This document shows positions 1 through 9,200 of a stretch of DNA of 32,000 nt, piece after piece (the stretch's first letter is position 1; each line of letters starts with the position of its first letter). The DNA lies in contig NZ_CP060715.1 in the NCBI RefSeq assembly GCF_014396165.1, positions 630,001-662,000 of the forward strand, in the 5' to 3' direction. A program made the translations under genes and the position numbers. A model generated the notes under the pieces. The model was given only the letters and a program-made list of their open reading frames with translations, was not told where the DNA came from and did not search any database. This DNA is from Erysipelothrix inopinata (lineage in GTDB: Bacteria > Bacillota_I > Bacilli_A > Erysipelotrichales > Erysipelotrichaceae).

Positions 1-2
1 AT

Positions 3-377
3 GGTGTAGGAATTAATACGGAGTTTAAGAACATTACCTCGAATGTTTCGTTTAATGCTCTAAACTCGATTCTTAAAACAGATGGATTACTCGGGAATAT
101 CGATATTAATGGGTTAAACACAACATTGAACCTTTACAATATTAAAGATACAAATCTCAAAGTAAATGGATTGGCTGCAACATTAACAATTCATGAAGAA
201 AATAATCCTGCAAACTTTAATATTAAAGTTATGGGATTGAATGCGACAGTACGTTATCATAATTACGAGAAAAAAGGATTGGGTAAAATGACATTTCAAT
301 CTCCACAAGTTGCAGGAGCTCCATACTGCAATATCTCAGGTACTGGTGTAAAAACAACAATCACGATTAATGAATAA
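3..377 (+). CDS. 3' end of a larger gene: beta-strand-repeat protein, DUF4097/'putative adhesin' (LiaG/YvlB)-like. The 5' end lies upstream of the window.
   Basis: Frame 3 has no stop from nt 3 to the TAA at 375-377, so the track's start at 126 is only an internal TTG. The translation (GVGINTEFKNITSNVSFNALNS...NLKVNGLAATLTIHEENNPANFNIKVMGLNATVRYH) shows short alternating polar/hydrophobic strands. A hairpin terminator follows. Confidence 0.55.
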   Translation, partial: GVGINTEFKNITSNVSFNALNSILKTDGLLGNIDINGLNTTLNLYNIKDTNLKVNGLAATLTIHEENNPANFNIKVMGLNATVRYHNYEKKGLGKMTFQSPQVAGAPYCNISGTGVKTTITINE

Positions 378-379
378 AT

Positions 380-410
380 AAAGCACAGCTCAAATTTGAA
401 CTGTGCTTTT
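380..410. terminator. Bidirectional intrinsic terminator between convergent genes
   Basis: aaagcacag (380-388) pairs with ctgtgcttt (401-409) around a 12-nt loop. T-run on the + side and A-run on the other side. It sits between the stop at 377 (+) and the stop at 418 (-). Confidence 0.7.
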
Positions 411-417
411 ACTTCGT

Positions 418-1656
418 TTAGTTCGGAGATACCGCGGAAACATCATAGTTATATACTTCCTTAACTTGATTTTTAGGAAGCCTGAAGAGGAAAATATAGC
501 TTACTAGTTGAATAACTCCGAAAACTAATGCAATCGTTCCATATGGAAGATAAGCACCCATTAAACCAATTATCCCCTTGCTGAAGAAGATAGCCAAATT
601 AATCATGACACCAAATAAAGCATTAACTTTTCCTAGGAGATTCTCAGGAACCATCGCAAGGATTGCACTCGTTCTAAAATTAGCAGATTGAGATCCCAAA
701 AATCCAGCAATAAATTGTGTTATCAATAAAATGTGGAATGGCATGAAGAACATCAGTCCTTCAGCAAAAATAAAATAAATGAAAATTAATGAAGAAAGAA
801 AAAAACGTTTTTTCGGTGGAATCTTAAAGATGTATAAAAAGAGGCCACCACATATATATCCGAATGAACTAACAGAAAGTAAAAGGGCATAGTTTTGTGA
901 TCCAAACCCTGGTGTCGATGAAAAAAATGGGTATAAGAGAACTTCTTTAACACTATTCATCATCATTACGGTCATAAAAAACAGAAAAATAGATCTAATA
1001 CTGGGAGTGTTTTTTACAAAATCAAAGCCTAACTTTATATCATTACGAAAAGATTCGAAGGTTGGTTTCACAGGGTTCTCAAGAAAAGAGAATGACACAT
1101 CAATCTTACTTTCAATAAAAGCATCAATCAGAGAACAGATTGTACAAACCATAAAGAGAAACGGAACTCCTAGTGAATCTATTATCCACATGATGGCAGG
1201 AGTTGTTGCTACCGAACATAAAGGATAGATCATGTTCATGATAGAGTTTCCTTTATTAAAATTTTCTACATCCATAATCTTGGGTAGTATGCTGCCAGAA
1301 GCTAGCTGAGAGACAACACCAAGTAAGCTAATTAGGAAAGTAATTAATAACAAGAAGAAATAATTAAAACCAAAGCTATATAAATAAATTGCAGCAACTA
1401 AAAATACAACTGATAAAATAACTTCGTTAATAACAAGCACTTTCACGGGATGTTTACGGTCTATAAGAGCTCCAACAAAAATAGGTAATATAAATTGTGG
1501 AATCATCGATAAGCATGCAAATAGAGCAGAGAGAATCGTAGAATTTGTCTCGTTATATACAAAAACAGATAAACCTAAACTTAAACCAACACTTCCGATT
1601 GCAGAAATAATTGTACCTATAAAACTATAGGTGAAGTTTTTATTCCAAAGTTTCAT
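418..1656 (-). CDS. MFS transporter (12-TM, efflux-type)
   Basis: 412-aa ORF, hydrophobic throughout with about 12 predicted helices. MFS-like loop motif GALIDRKHPVKV after TM2. SD AGGAGG lies 7 nt upstream of ATG 1656. Confidence 0.8.
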   Translation of the reverse strand: MKLWNKNFTYSFIGTIISAIGSVGLSLGLSVFVYNETNSTILSALFACLSMIPQFILPIFVGALIDRKHPVKVLVINEVILSVVFLVAAIYLYSFGFNYFFLLLITFLISLLGVVSQLASGSILPKIMDVENFNKGNSIMNMIYPLCSVATTPAIMWIIDSLGVPFLFMVCTICSLIDAFIESKIDVSFSFLENPVKPTFESFRNDIKLGFDFVKNTPSIRSIFLFFMTVMMMNSVKEVLLYPFFSSTPGFGSQNYALLLSVSSFGYICGGLFLYIFKIPPKKRFFLSSLIFIYFIFAEGLMFFMPFHILLITQFIAGFLGSQSANFRTSAILAMVPENLLGKVNALFGVMINLAIFFSKGIIGLMGAYLPYGTIALVFGVIQLVSYIFLFRLPKNQVKEVYNYDVSAVSPN

Positions 1657-1693
1657 GAGAATACCTCCTACCTATAGTTTAAGCGGCGATAAT

Positions 1694-1716
1694 AAAAAAA
1701 CCTAGAAGACTAGGTT
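1694..1716 (-). terminator. Intrinsic terminator after the regulator gene (possibly leaky into the MFS gene)
   Basis: Minus strand reads AACCTAG-TCTT-CTAGGTT followed by TTTTTTTATT. It starts 46 nt downstream of the stop at 1763. Confidence 0.5.
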
Positions 1717-1762
1717 GGGAAAGTGCGTACCAAATATTTGGTTTAAATGCGAGTATTTAATG

Positions 1763-2950
1763 TTAATTAGGAAAGTTGGAAAGATCCAATGCACGTTTGT
1801 ACCTTTTTTGTTTTTTGTAAATCGACACCAACATATTCTGGATGAAAATTGCTCTAGTATAAATATTGGATTTAAGATTTTTATCGAGGATGGATTCAAT
1901 TAAAATTGCATAATTTCGCTCAAGATAAAACATTGAATGAGAAACGGCATACTCTAGCGCTTCATACTCAAGAGACTCTTTCCATGTATTATCAGATACG
2001 CTCATTTTTTTAAAGTACAAAGTTGCACTATCCAAATCATTAAGATAAAGATGAATTAAAATAATTTTTTCAAAGTGGTATAACGACTTCTTAGGTGAAC
2101 TTTCGTAAGCTGCAAGAATAAGACTTTGAGCAGTAAGTAGATCTTCATAATTTCCGTTTTTGAAGTACAAATCCAGATAGTCTGCAGATAAGTTATAATC
2201 TAAATCAGAAATCGTTTGAGAATCATTGCATAATTTCGCAATACGTCGGCAACTTTCGAAATGTGACAATGCTTTTGGAAAATTAGAGTAGATTATAGTA
2301 TTACCCATTTGAAAGTGAGCATGCATCATCATCCGGATATTTCCAAGATTTGCGAAGGTATCCAGACTTCTCTGAGCACACTCGTAAGATTTATCAAACT
2401 TACCCGCATAAAAATAACTTTGAGAAAGAGAAAAATCTACGATTCCGCTATCATCTTGACCTTGGGAAAGAAGTAACCTACGTATCGCTTCATCAATTTT
2501 ATCGGGATTAATGTGCATCTGTGAGTATAATACCGAGACAAATGGATGGTACTGATACTTCTCTGGGAGTGATGTTGAGATTTCAAAATCAGTCGTTGTA
2601 TCAATTAGTAAAAGTTCATGGATGTAGATATCCCAGTAATATTTTGAGTATCTATAGTGCTCAAGTGATTTTTGAAGTCTCTTATTAACATCTTGATCAT
2701 ATGCTTCATAAAGTGCGTAATTAGTTACCTCCGAGAAAATTTCGTACAGTGAGCTCTGAGATATATCTGTAATAAACCTAATATTTAATCGCTGGAAGAG
2801 CAATACTAAAACATCATCACTTGGATTTGCTTGATTACTCTCAATCTTTGACAAATAAGAAGGAGAACATATTTTATGACATAGAACTTCTTGTTTCATA
2901 GCTTGTTTAATTCGTTCATCGCGGATTATACTTCCTACCATAGGGCTCAC
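1763..2950 (-). CDS. XRE-family HTH transcriptional regulator with a long TPR-like C-terminal domain (RNPP/Rgg-PlcR-like architecture)
   Basis: The N-terminus (IIRDERIKQAMKQEVLCHKICSPSYLSKIESNQANPSDDVLVLLFQRLNI) is a classic HTH_3 motif. The remaining ~320 aa is helical-repeat-like, rich in Y/L/A. GTG 2950 lies 7 nt after AGGAGG. Confidence 0.75.
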   Translation of the reverse strand: MSPMVGSIIRDERIKQAMKQEVLCHKICSPSYLSKIESNQANPSDDVLVLLFQRLNIRFITDISQSSLYEIFSEVTNYALYEAYDQDVNKRLQKSLEHYRYSKYYWDIYIHELLLIDTTTDFEISTSLPEKYQYHPFVSVLYSQMHINPDKIDEAIRRLLLSQGQDDSGIVDFSLSQSYFYAGKFDKSYECAQRSLDTFANLGNIRMMMHAHFQMGNTIIYSNFPKALSHFESCRRIAKLCNDSQTISDLDYNLSADYLDLYFKNGNYEDLLTAQSLILAAYESSPKKSLYHFEKIILIHLYLNDLDSATLYFKKMSVSDNTWKESLEYEALEYAVSHSMFYLERNYAILIESILDKNLKSNIYTRAIFIQNMLVSIYKKQKRYKRALDLSNFPN

Positions 2951-3058
2951 AGCACTTCCTCCTGAAAATAGAACTTTATTATTATAATTTTACCACACTC
3001 CAATTAGTGATGGACATTATTGGTTGATATCCACAGGAATTTGTTTTAATTAATTTCG

Positions 3059-3352
3059 TTATTTGAACTTAAATAAAATGAATAAATACAAAGAAAATCC
3101 AAGCGCCCAAACCCAGAAATCCAAGGGTGGAAAAAAAGGACGAGTGTCATGAGCTCGACTTTCTACTTCGCGAAGTGGAAACAATCCTCCATCAGGAAAT
3201 GGAACGGATGTGAAAAGTTGGATTGCGATGAGTATTCCTGCAAATATAGAGACGTATTTAGAAATATTAATTTTGAAGGACACCTCCACAATTAATAATA
3301 TGAATAGGATAATCATATAAAGGATGAAAGCAATCAACCGGTTTTTTCTCAT
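3059..3352 (-). CDS. Small hypothetical membrane protein (97 aa, 3 TM)
   Basis: Strong SD AGGAGGA lies 8 nt upstream of ATG 3352. There are three hydrophobic segments. No recognisable family. Confidence 0.6.
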   Translation of the reverse strand: MRKNRLIAFILYMIILFILLIVEVSFKINISKYVSIFAGILIAIQLFTSVPFPDGGLFPLREVESRAHDTRPFFPPLDFWVWALGFSLYLFILFKFK

Positions 3353-3480
3353 ATACGAATCCTCCTATAATAATAGTATCATGGGTAAGATAGAAAATAG
3401 GTGAAAATGGAGTGTGAGTTCAAGTGTACATCATCTTGAATTGCCGTGATATCGGAAAAATATTACTAAAATATGAGTAA

Positions 3481-3505
3481 ATAAAAACCCACCTTATGGT
3501 GGGTT
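3481..3505 (-). terminator. Intrinsic terminator of ssrA
   Basis: Minus strand reads AACCCACC-ATAA-GGTGGGTT followed by TTTTATTT, located 10 nt after the CCA end of the tmRNA. Confidence 0.7.
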
Positions 3506-3515
3506 AATTGTCATT

Positions 3516-3869
3516 TGGTGGAGCTGGCGGGAGTCGAACCCGCGTCCAAGAAGTGTTCCACATTTAGACGTCTACAGTTTAGTCTGCTTCATAATAATCA
3601 AAGAGGACGAAGCCGACAAAGGTCTCTTTGATGTGCTCTTGGGTTTTCGAGTTACGTGTCGAGCTCACGCAACCTTATCCTTCGTTGGTTATGTTGATGA
3701 TCTTCGCCCAAAGGCAAAGCTTAGATTCATCACGCTACAGCTATGAATAGCTAATTAAGCAGCGAATTGTAAACTGTTATTGTTTCCAGTTAATTTTTGT
3801 TTGGTTTTAAGGTAACCACACCACTGCAATCTAAATCAAACGAAATCCTGTCGAAACCATGACAGCCCC
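3516..3869 (-). ncRNA. ssrA: tmRNA (transfer-messenger RNA, SsrA)
   Basis: The minus strand starts GGGGCUGUCAUGGUUUCGACAGGAUUUCG and ends GGACGCGGGUUCGACUCCCGCCAGCUCCACCA, a tRNA-Ala-like acceptor/T-arm with encoded CCA. The internal tag ORF GGA AAC AAU AAC AGU UUA CAA UUC GCU GCU UAA (3787-3755) predicts the tag (A)GNNNSLQFAA. It is placed by analogy with the B. subtilis ...AACU GGC AAA... resume context. Confidence 0.95.
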
Positions 3870-3877
3870 GTGTAGTG

Positions 3878-3886
3878 ATTATATCA
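3878..3886 (-). promoter_or_regulatory. Extended -10 promoter element (TGATATAAT) for ssrA
   Basis: The minus strand reads TGATATAAT, then CACTACAC, then the GGGG 5' end of the tmRNA at 3869. Confidence 0.45.
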
Positions 3887-3973
3887 CAAAGATAAGAGGG
3901 ATAAAAGAATGACTATCCTTTAGAAACACAGTGATTTAGTGTATTATATTGATAGAAATAAGAGGAATATGAC

Positions 3974-4804
3974 ATGCTAAGAGAGATATTGAAAGAAAAA
4001 GAGAGAATTGTGATCAAAATAGGCTCCTCTTCCTTAACACACAAGGAAACAGGAGATATTAATTACCAAAAATTAGAACAGTTAGTTCGTGTTCTATCTG
4101 ACTTGAAAAGTAGAGGAAAAGAAATAGTATTGGTTTCATCTGGAGCTCAAGCGGTAGGGAGACAAGAACTTAGAATGAAAGCAATGCCAAATGAAATGCC
4201 AAAGAAACAAGCATTGGCTGCAATTGGACAAGCAAAATTGATGATGGCTTACCAAAAGTTATTCTCGGAGTATGGGCAAGTTTGTGCTCAAGTATTATTA
4301 ACGAAACATACAATGGTAAAAGAAGAAAGTCGTGTCAATGCAATGAATACGTTTCATGAATTGTTGAATATGGGAGTCATTCCGATTGTGAATGAAAACG
4401 ATACGGTTGCAACACACGAAATTGAATTTGGAGATAATGACCACTTGTCTGCGTTTGTACTAGCAATGATTGATGCAGAACTTTTAATCATCTTATCTGA
4501 TATTGATGGTTTTTATACTGATGATCCTAGCAGTAATCCCGATGCTGAATTAATTGAATATGTTGAAGAAATTAATGATGAACATTTCATCATGGGTAAA
4601 GATACAAGTTCATCATCTGTGGGAACAGGCGGAATGAATGCGAAAATTGACGCAGGTAGAATCGCTACACAATATGGTGCAGAAATGGTATTGGTGAATG
4701 GCCGTGATGTGAATGTTCTCTATGATGTTGTAGATGGAAAGAATGTTGGTACTTACTTTAAAGCCAATAAACGTGAAAATTTTTCATTGGCTGAATATTT
4801 ATAG
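3974..4804 (+). CDS. proB: Glutamate 5-kinase (short form without a PUA domain)
   Basis: RIVIKIGSSSLT...VLVSSGAQAVG...PIVNENDTVA...GDNDHLSA...GTGGMNAKI are amino-acid-kinase/ProB motifs. SD AAGAGGA is present. The gene is directly followed by proA. Confidence 0.9.
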   Translation: MLREILKEKERIVIKIGSSSLTHKETGDINYQKLEQLVRVLSDLKSRGKEIVLVSSGAQAVGRQELRMKAMPNEMPKKQALAAIGQAKLMMAYQKLFSEYGQVCAQVLLTKHTMVKEESRVNAMNTFHELLNMGVIPIVNENDTVATHEIEFGDNDHLSAFVLAMIDAELLIILSDIDGFYTDDPSSNPDAELIEYVEEINDEHFIMGKDTSSSSVGTGGMNAKIDAGRIATQYGAEMVLVNGRDVNVLYDVVDGKNVGTYFKANKRENFSLAEYL

Positions 4805-4812
4805 GAGGCACT

Positions 4813-6045
4813 ATGTTAGAACAAATTGGTAAGAATGCGAAAAAAGCATCCTTAGACTTACTGGTACTGGAAACAGAACAAAAGAATGCCATTCTTTGTG
4901 ACTTAGCAAATAATTTAGAGTCATCAATTGAAGAAATAATAACTGAAAATCAAAAAGACCTAGACGCAGTGAAAGTATTAGACTATCCAAAGGCATTTAT
5001 TGATAGACTTACACTGGATCATAACAGAATTATTGCAATGGCTGCGGGGCTTAAAGAAGTAGCAAACATTGAAGATCCAATTGGGAAAGTCCTAGAAACC
5101 ATAACACGACCAAATGGACTCGTAATTGATAAAGTGAGTGTTCCTTTAGGCGTGATTGGTATCATATATGAAGCACGTCCTAATGTCACAATTGACGCGT
5201 TCTCCCTTTGCTTTAAGAGTGGTAACGCTGTGATTCTTAAAGGTGGTAAAGAAGCCATTAATACAAATATTGTTTTAGAAAAAATTGTTCAAGAAACACT
5301 AGAGAGTCATAATCTTAACCCTTACAGTATCCAAGTAATAAAGAGTACTGATCGAGAAACAACACATGAAATGATGAAAATGAATAAGTTTATCGACGTA
5401 CTTATTCCAAGAGGTAGCGCACAATTGATTCGCGCTATAGTAGAAAATAGTACAATTCCTGTTATTGAAACTGGTTCGGGTAACTGCCATATTTATGTTG
5501 ATGAAGATGGCGATTTAGATATGAGTATCGCAATAATAGAAAATGCAAAACTTCAAAGATTGGGTGTATGCAATACTATGGAATCATTAGTTGTCCATGA
5601 AAAAATAGCAGATCAATTTATTCCAACGCTTGTAGAAAAATTTCCTGATGTAGAGTTTTACGGCGATAAACAAGCACAAGATATATCTCCAATTGTTTTA
5701 CCCGCAACCGATGAAGATTTCTACACTGAATACCTCGATAAAAAAATGTCTGTGAAGATTGTTGGTTCAGTTGAAGAAGCAGTAGAACATATTAATGAAC
5801 ATAATACGAAGCATTCTGAATCGATTATTACAAACAATGATTCTCATGCTAAATACTTTACGCAACGCATTGATTCTTCAACAGTATATGTTAATGCGTC
5901 TACCCGATTCACTGATGGAAGTGTCTTTGGATTTGGTGCTGAAATTGGTATTAGTACACAAAAACTTCATGCTCGTGGACCAATGGGCGTACAGCACTTA
6001 ACTTCATATAAGTACATTGTCCATGGTAATGGACAGATAAGATAA
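4813..6045 (+). CDS. proA: Glutamate-5-semialdehyde dehydrogenase (gamma-glutamyl phosphate reductase)
   Basis: 410-aa aldehyde-dehydrogenase-fold protein with VIGIIYEARPNVT, LKGGKEA, GSGNCHIYVD and CNTMESLVVH (catalytic Cys context). SD AGGAGG lies 4 nt before the ATG, and the gene starts 8 nt after the proB stop. Confidence 0.92.
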   Translation: MLEQIGKNAKKASLDLLVLETEQKNAILCDLANNLESSIEEIITENQKDLDAVKVLDYPKAFIDRLTLDHNRIIAMAAGLKEVANIEDPIGKVLETITRPNGLVIDKVSVPLGVIGIIYEARPNVTIDAFSLCFKSGNAVILKGGKEAINTNIVLEKIVQETLESHNLNPYSIQVIKSTDRETTHEMMKMNKFIDVLIPRGSAQLIRAIVENSTIPVIETGSGNCHIYVDEDGDLDMSIAIIENAKLQRLGVCNTMESLVVHEKIADQFIPTLVEKFPDVEFYGDKQAQDISPIVLPATDEDFYTEYLDKKMSVKIVGSVEEAVEHINEHNTKHSESIITNNDSHAKYFTQRIDSSTVYVNASTRFTDGSVFGFGAEIGISTQKLHARGPMGVQHLTSYKYIVHGNGQIR

Positions 6046-6052
6046 ATTCTAT

Positions 6053-6076
6053 AAAAGTTCCTTTGGAACTTTTTTT
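6053..6076 (+). terminator. Intrinsic terminator of proBA
   Basis: aaagttcc-ttt-ggaacttt is followed by a T-run (6070-6076), beginning 8 nt after the proA stop. Confidence 0.6.
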
Positions 6077-6146
6077 CTTTTTATGACGTCAAAAATATTT
6101 AATTCTATTCCTAAACAAGCTTACTATAAACAACAATAGGTTGTTA

Positions 6147-6175
6147 TTGACAAGGTTTAGTATGTCAGATATACT
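6147..6175 (+). promoter_or_regulatory. Sigma-A type promoter of the giant adhesin gene
   Basis: TTGACA (6147-6152), a 17-nt spacer, then TATACT (6170-6175). It lies about 55 nt upstream of ATG 6231. Confidence 0.6.
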
Positions 6176-6230
6176 AGAATAAGTTAAATTTGTACCATCA
6201 AATATTATTGGTGTGAACAGAGGGGAAGCT

Positions 6231-9200
6231 ATGAAGAAAAATAGAAAGATTTTTTTAAGTATGTTTGCGTCGCTGGCTATTTTGCTATCGACAGTTGTAA
6301 ATTATGAGAATATAAATATTTTTGCTGATTATAATGTGAATAATTATCCAACATGTGAAAGTGCTGGTGATAAGTGTAAACCCTATAAAGATTCTGAAAT
6401 GTATAGGCTAATTCAAAAAGGTGGAAATGGCGTCGTACCAACAAATAAAGCAGATACGATGACATGGAATGACGGTAAATACATCTATTTTGAAACGACA
6501 TATGACTATGATGTTAACGTAACGCTATATTTCCCTATTGATATAACGGTATCTAAGAATGATTTTGAAGGTTTAGCAGAAAAAGCACTTGCAAGTAAAA
6601 TGGAAATCAATGGATTTGTAATCTATAAACACAAAAAAGGTGATGATAGATTCAAGAAACTTGATAATTTCATGGCAATTAAAAATGCTGCAGGAAGTGT
6701 TAATAAAGAAGGATACTATCCAATCAAATTAGAAGAAACCTCTAGTCCAGTTGGCTTTAATATTATTTACTATATCTACATTGATAATGGAGAGGGACCA
6801 TATCCTGAGTTATCAACTTTTGATGAGAATATAGAAGTAGGAACATTAAAAACCTATAATCCTATTGATAAAGATAAAGTTACAGGAAAGGCTTCTTTCG
6901 AACCTGGAAAATCAAAGCAAGTTGTTTCTAATGATAAATTGAAATATACAATAAAAGATGAAAATGGTAGAACTGTCGATGCAGTAAATCCAAATAAAGT
7001 AGGAAAATATACAATCACCTATGAACTAACGGATTTTTTAGGCCGTACTGTTACTAAAACCAAAAACGTAACTGTGGAAGATAAACGTCCAACACTTACT
7101 GAAGTTAATCCGGAAACACCTAAAGAAGTCATAATCGGAGATACAACCAATCCAAAAGATTTCGTTGAAGCTACTGATCACTATGGCAATCCAATTGATA
7201 AAGATAAGGTTGAGATTAAAAATCCTGAAGTATTGGATCAACCAGGAGATCAAACAGTCATCTATGTGGTTACTGACAAAGATGGTCGTGAATCTGAACC
7301 ACTAGAAGTGATCGTAAAAGTTAAGGAACTTGAAGTCACAATTGATGCGACTGATAAAGTTATTGAACTTAACGATAAATTTGACCCATTGAAGGAAGTC
7401 TCAGCTAAAGGTACCGATGGCAAAGACTATACAGAGAATTTAGTTCCGACAAGCAGTGTAGACACAACAAAACCTGGAATTTATGATGTCGTTTATGAAG
7501 TAATTGTCGATGGTGAGGTTATCGGAACCAAAACAATTACTGTAACTGTGGAAGATAAACGACCAACACTTACTGAAGTAAATCCAGATACACCTAAAGA
7601 AGTCATAATCGGAGATACAACCAATCCAAAAGATTTCGTTGAAGCTACTGATCACGATGGCAATCCAATTGATAAAGATAAGATTGAGATTAAGAATCCT
7701 GAAGTATTGGATCAACCAGGAGATCAAACAGTTATTTATGTGGTGACTGATAAAGATGGACGTGAATCTGAACCACTAGAAGTGATCGTAAAAGTTAAGG
7801 AACTTGAAGTCACAATTGATGCGACTGATAAAGTTATTGAACTTAACGACAAATTCGAACCACTAAAAGATGTGAGTGCCAAAGGTACTGATGGCAAAGA
7901 CTATACAGCAGATTTAGTTCCGAAAAGCAGTGTAGATACTACAAAACCTGGTATCTATGATGTCGTTTACGAAGTAATCGTTGATGGTAAGGTTATCGGA
8001 ACCAAAACAATCACTGTCACTGTGGAAGATAAACGACCAACACTTACCGAAGTTAATCCAGATAAACCTAAAGAAGTCATAATCGGAGATACAACCAATC
8101 CAAAAGATTTCGTTGAAGCTACTGATCACGATGGCAATCCAATTGATAAAGATAAGGTTGAGATTAAGAATCCCGAAGTATTGGATCAACCAGGAGATCA
8201 AACAGTCATCTATGTGGTTACTGACAAAGATGGTCGTGAATCTGAACCACTAGAAGTGATCGTAAAAGTTAAGGAACTTGAAGTCGCAATTGATGCGACT
8301 GATAAAGTTATTGAACTCAATGATACTTTCGAACCGCTAAAAGATGTGAGTGCCAAAGGTACTGATGGCAAAGACTATACAGCAGATTTAGTTCCAACAA
8401 GCAGTGTAGATACTTCAAAACCTGGTATCTATAATGTCGTTTACGAAGTGGTTGTCGATGGTAAGGTTATCGGAATCAAAACAATCACCGTAACTGTGGA
8501 AGATAAACGTCCAACACTTACTGAAGTTAATCCGGAAACACCTAAAGAAGTCATAATCGGAGATACAACCAATCCAAAAGATTTCGTTGAAGCAACTGAT
8601 CACGATGGCAATCCAATTGATAAAGATAAGATTGAGATTAAAAATCCTGAAGTATTGGATCAACCGGGAGATCAAACAGTCATCTATGTGGTCACTGATA
8701 AAGATGGCCGTGAATCCGAACCTTTAGAAGTAATCGTAAAAGTTAAGGAACTTGAAGTCACAATCGATGCGACTGACAAAGTTATTGAACTTAATGATAA
8801 ATTCGAACCACTAAAAGATGTGAGTGCCAAAGGTACTGATGGCAAAGACTATACAGCAGATTTAGTTCCAACAAGCAGTGTAGACACAACAAAACCTGGA
8901 ATTTATGATGTCGTTTATGAAGTAATTGTCGATGGTGAGGTTATCGGAACCAAAACAATTACTGTAACTGTGGAAGATAAACGACCAACACTTACTGAAG
9001 TAAATCCAGATACACCTAAAGAAGTCATAATCGGAGATACAACCAATCCAAAAGATTTCGTTGAAGCTACTGATCACGATGGCAATCCAATTGATAAAGA
9101 TAAGATTGAGATTAAGAATCCTGAAGTATTGGATCAACCAGGAGATCAAACAGTTATTTATGTGGTGACTGATAAAGATGGACGTGAATCTGAACCACTA

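Noticed and set aside
1007-1903. Short ORFs antisense to, or overlapping, the MFS and regulator genes (1007-1228 +, 1702-1899 -, 1715-1903 +).
   Set aside because: They are embedded in or overlap better-supported genes, and have no SD and no motifs. The same reasoning applies to the other 60-116-aa overlapping ORFs in the track, for example 4811-4996, 5019-5258, 14583-14816, 24691-25041 and 29152-29949.
3010-3027. A micro-ORF, ATG GAC ATT ATT GGT TGA (MDIIG), upstream of and divergent to the RNPP-like regulator. It is loosely reminiscent of SHP-type DII...G pheromones.
   Set aside because: It has only 5 codons, no SD and no signal or leader segment. It is expected by chance in AT-rich DNA.
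3380-3480. Tiny + strand ORFs (MGKIENR, MECEFKCTSS) between the small membrane gene and the ssrA terminator.
   Set aside because: They are 7-10 codons with poor SD spacing, and I have no conservation evidence. The region is better explained as the promoter of the 97-aa gene.
1-3869. A possible genomic island integrated at ssrA, comprising the regulator, MFS and small membrane protein downstream of the tmRNA 3' end.
   Set aside because: No integrase or recombinase is present. No second copy of the ssrA 3' end (..GGTTCGACTCCCGCCAGCTCCACCA) appears anywhere in the window.
3870-3973. A T-box or other leader upstream of proBA, as in B. subtilis.
   Set aside because: Only 104 nt are available, and they are shared with the divergent ssrA promoter. 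That is too short for a T-box, and no specifier or T-box sequence is seen.
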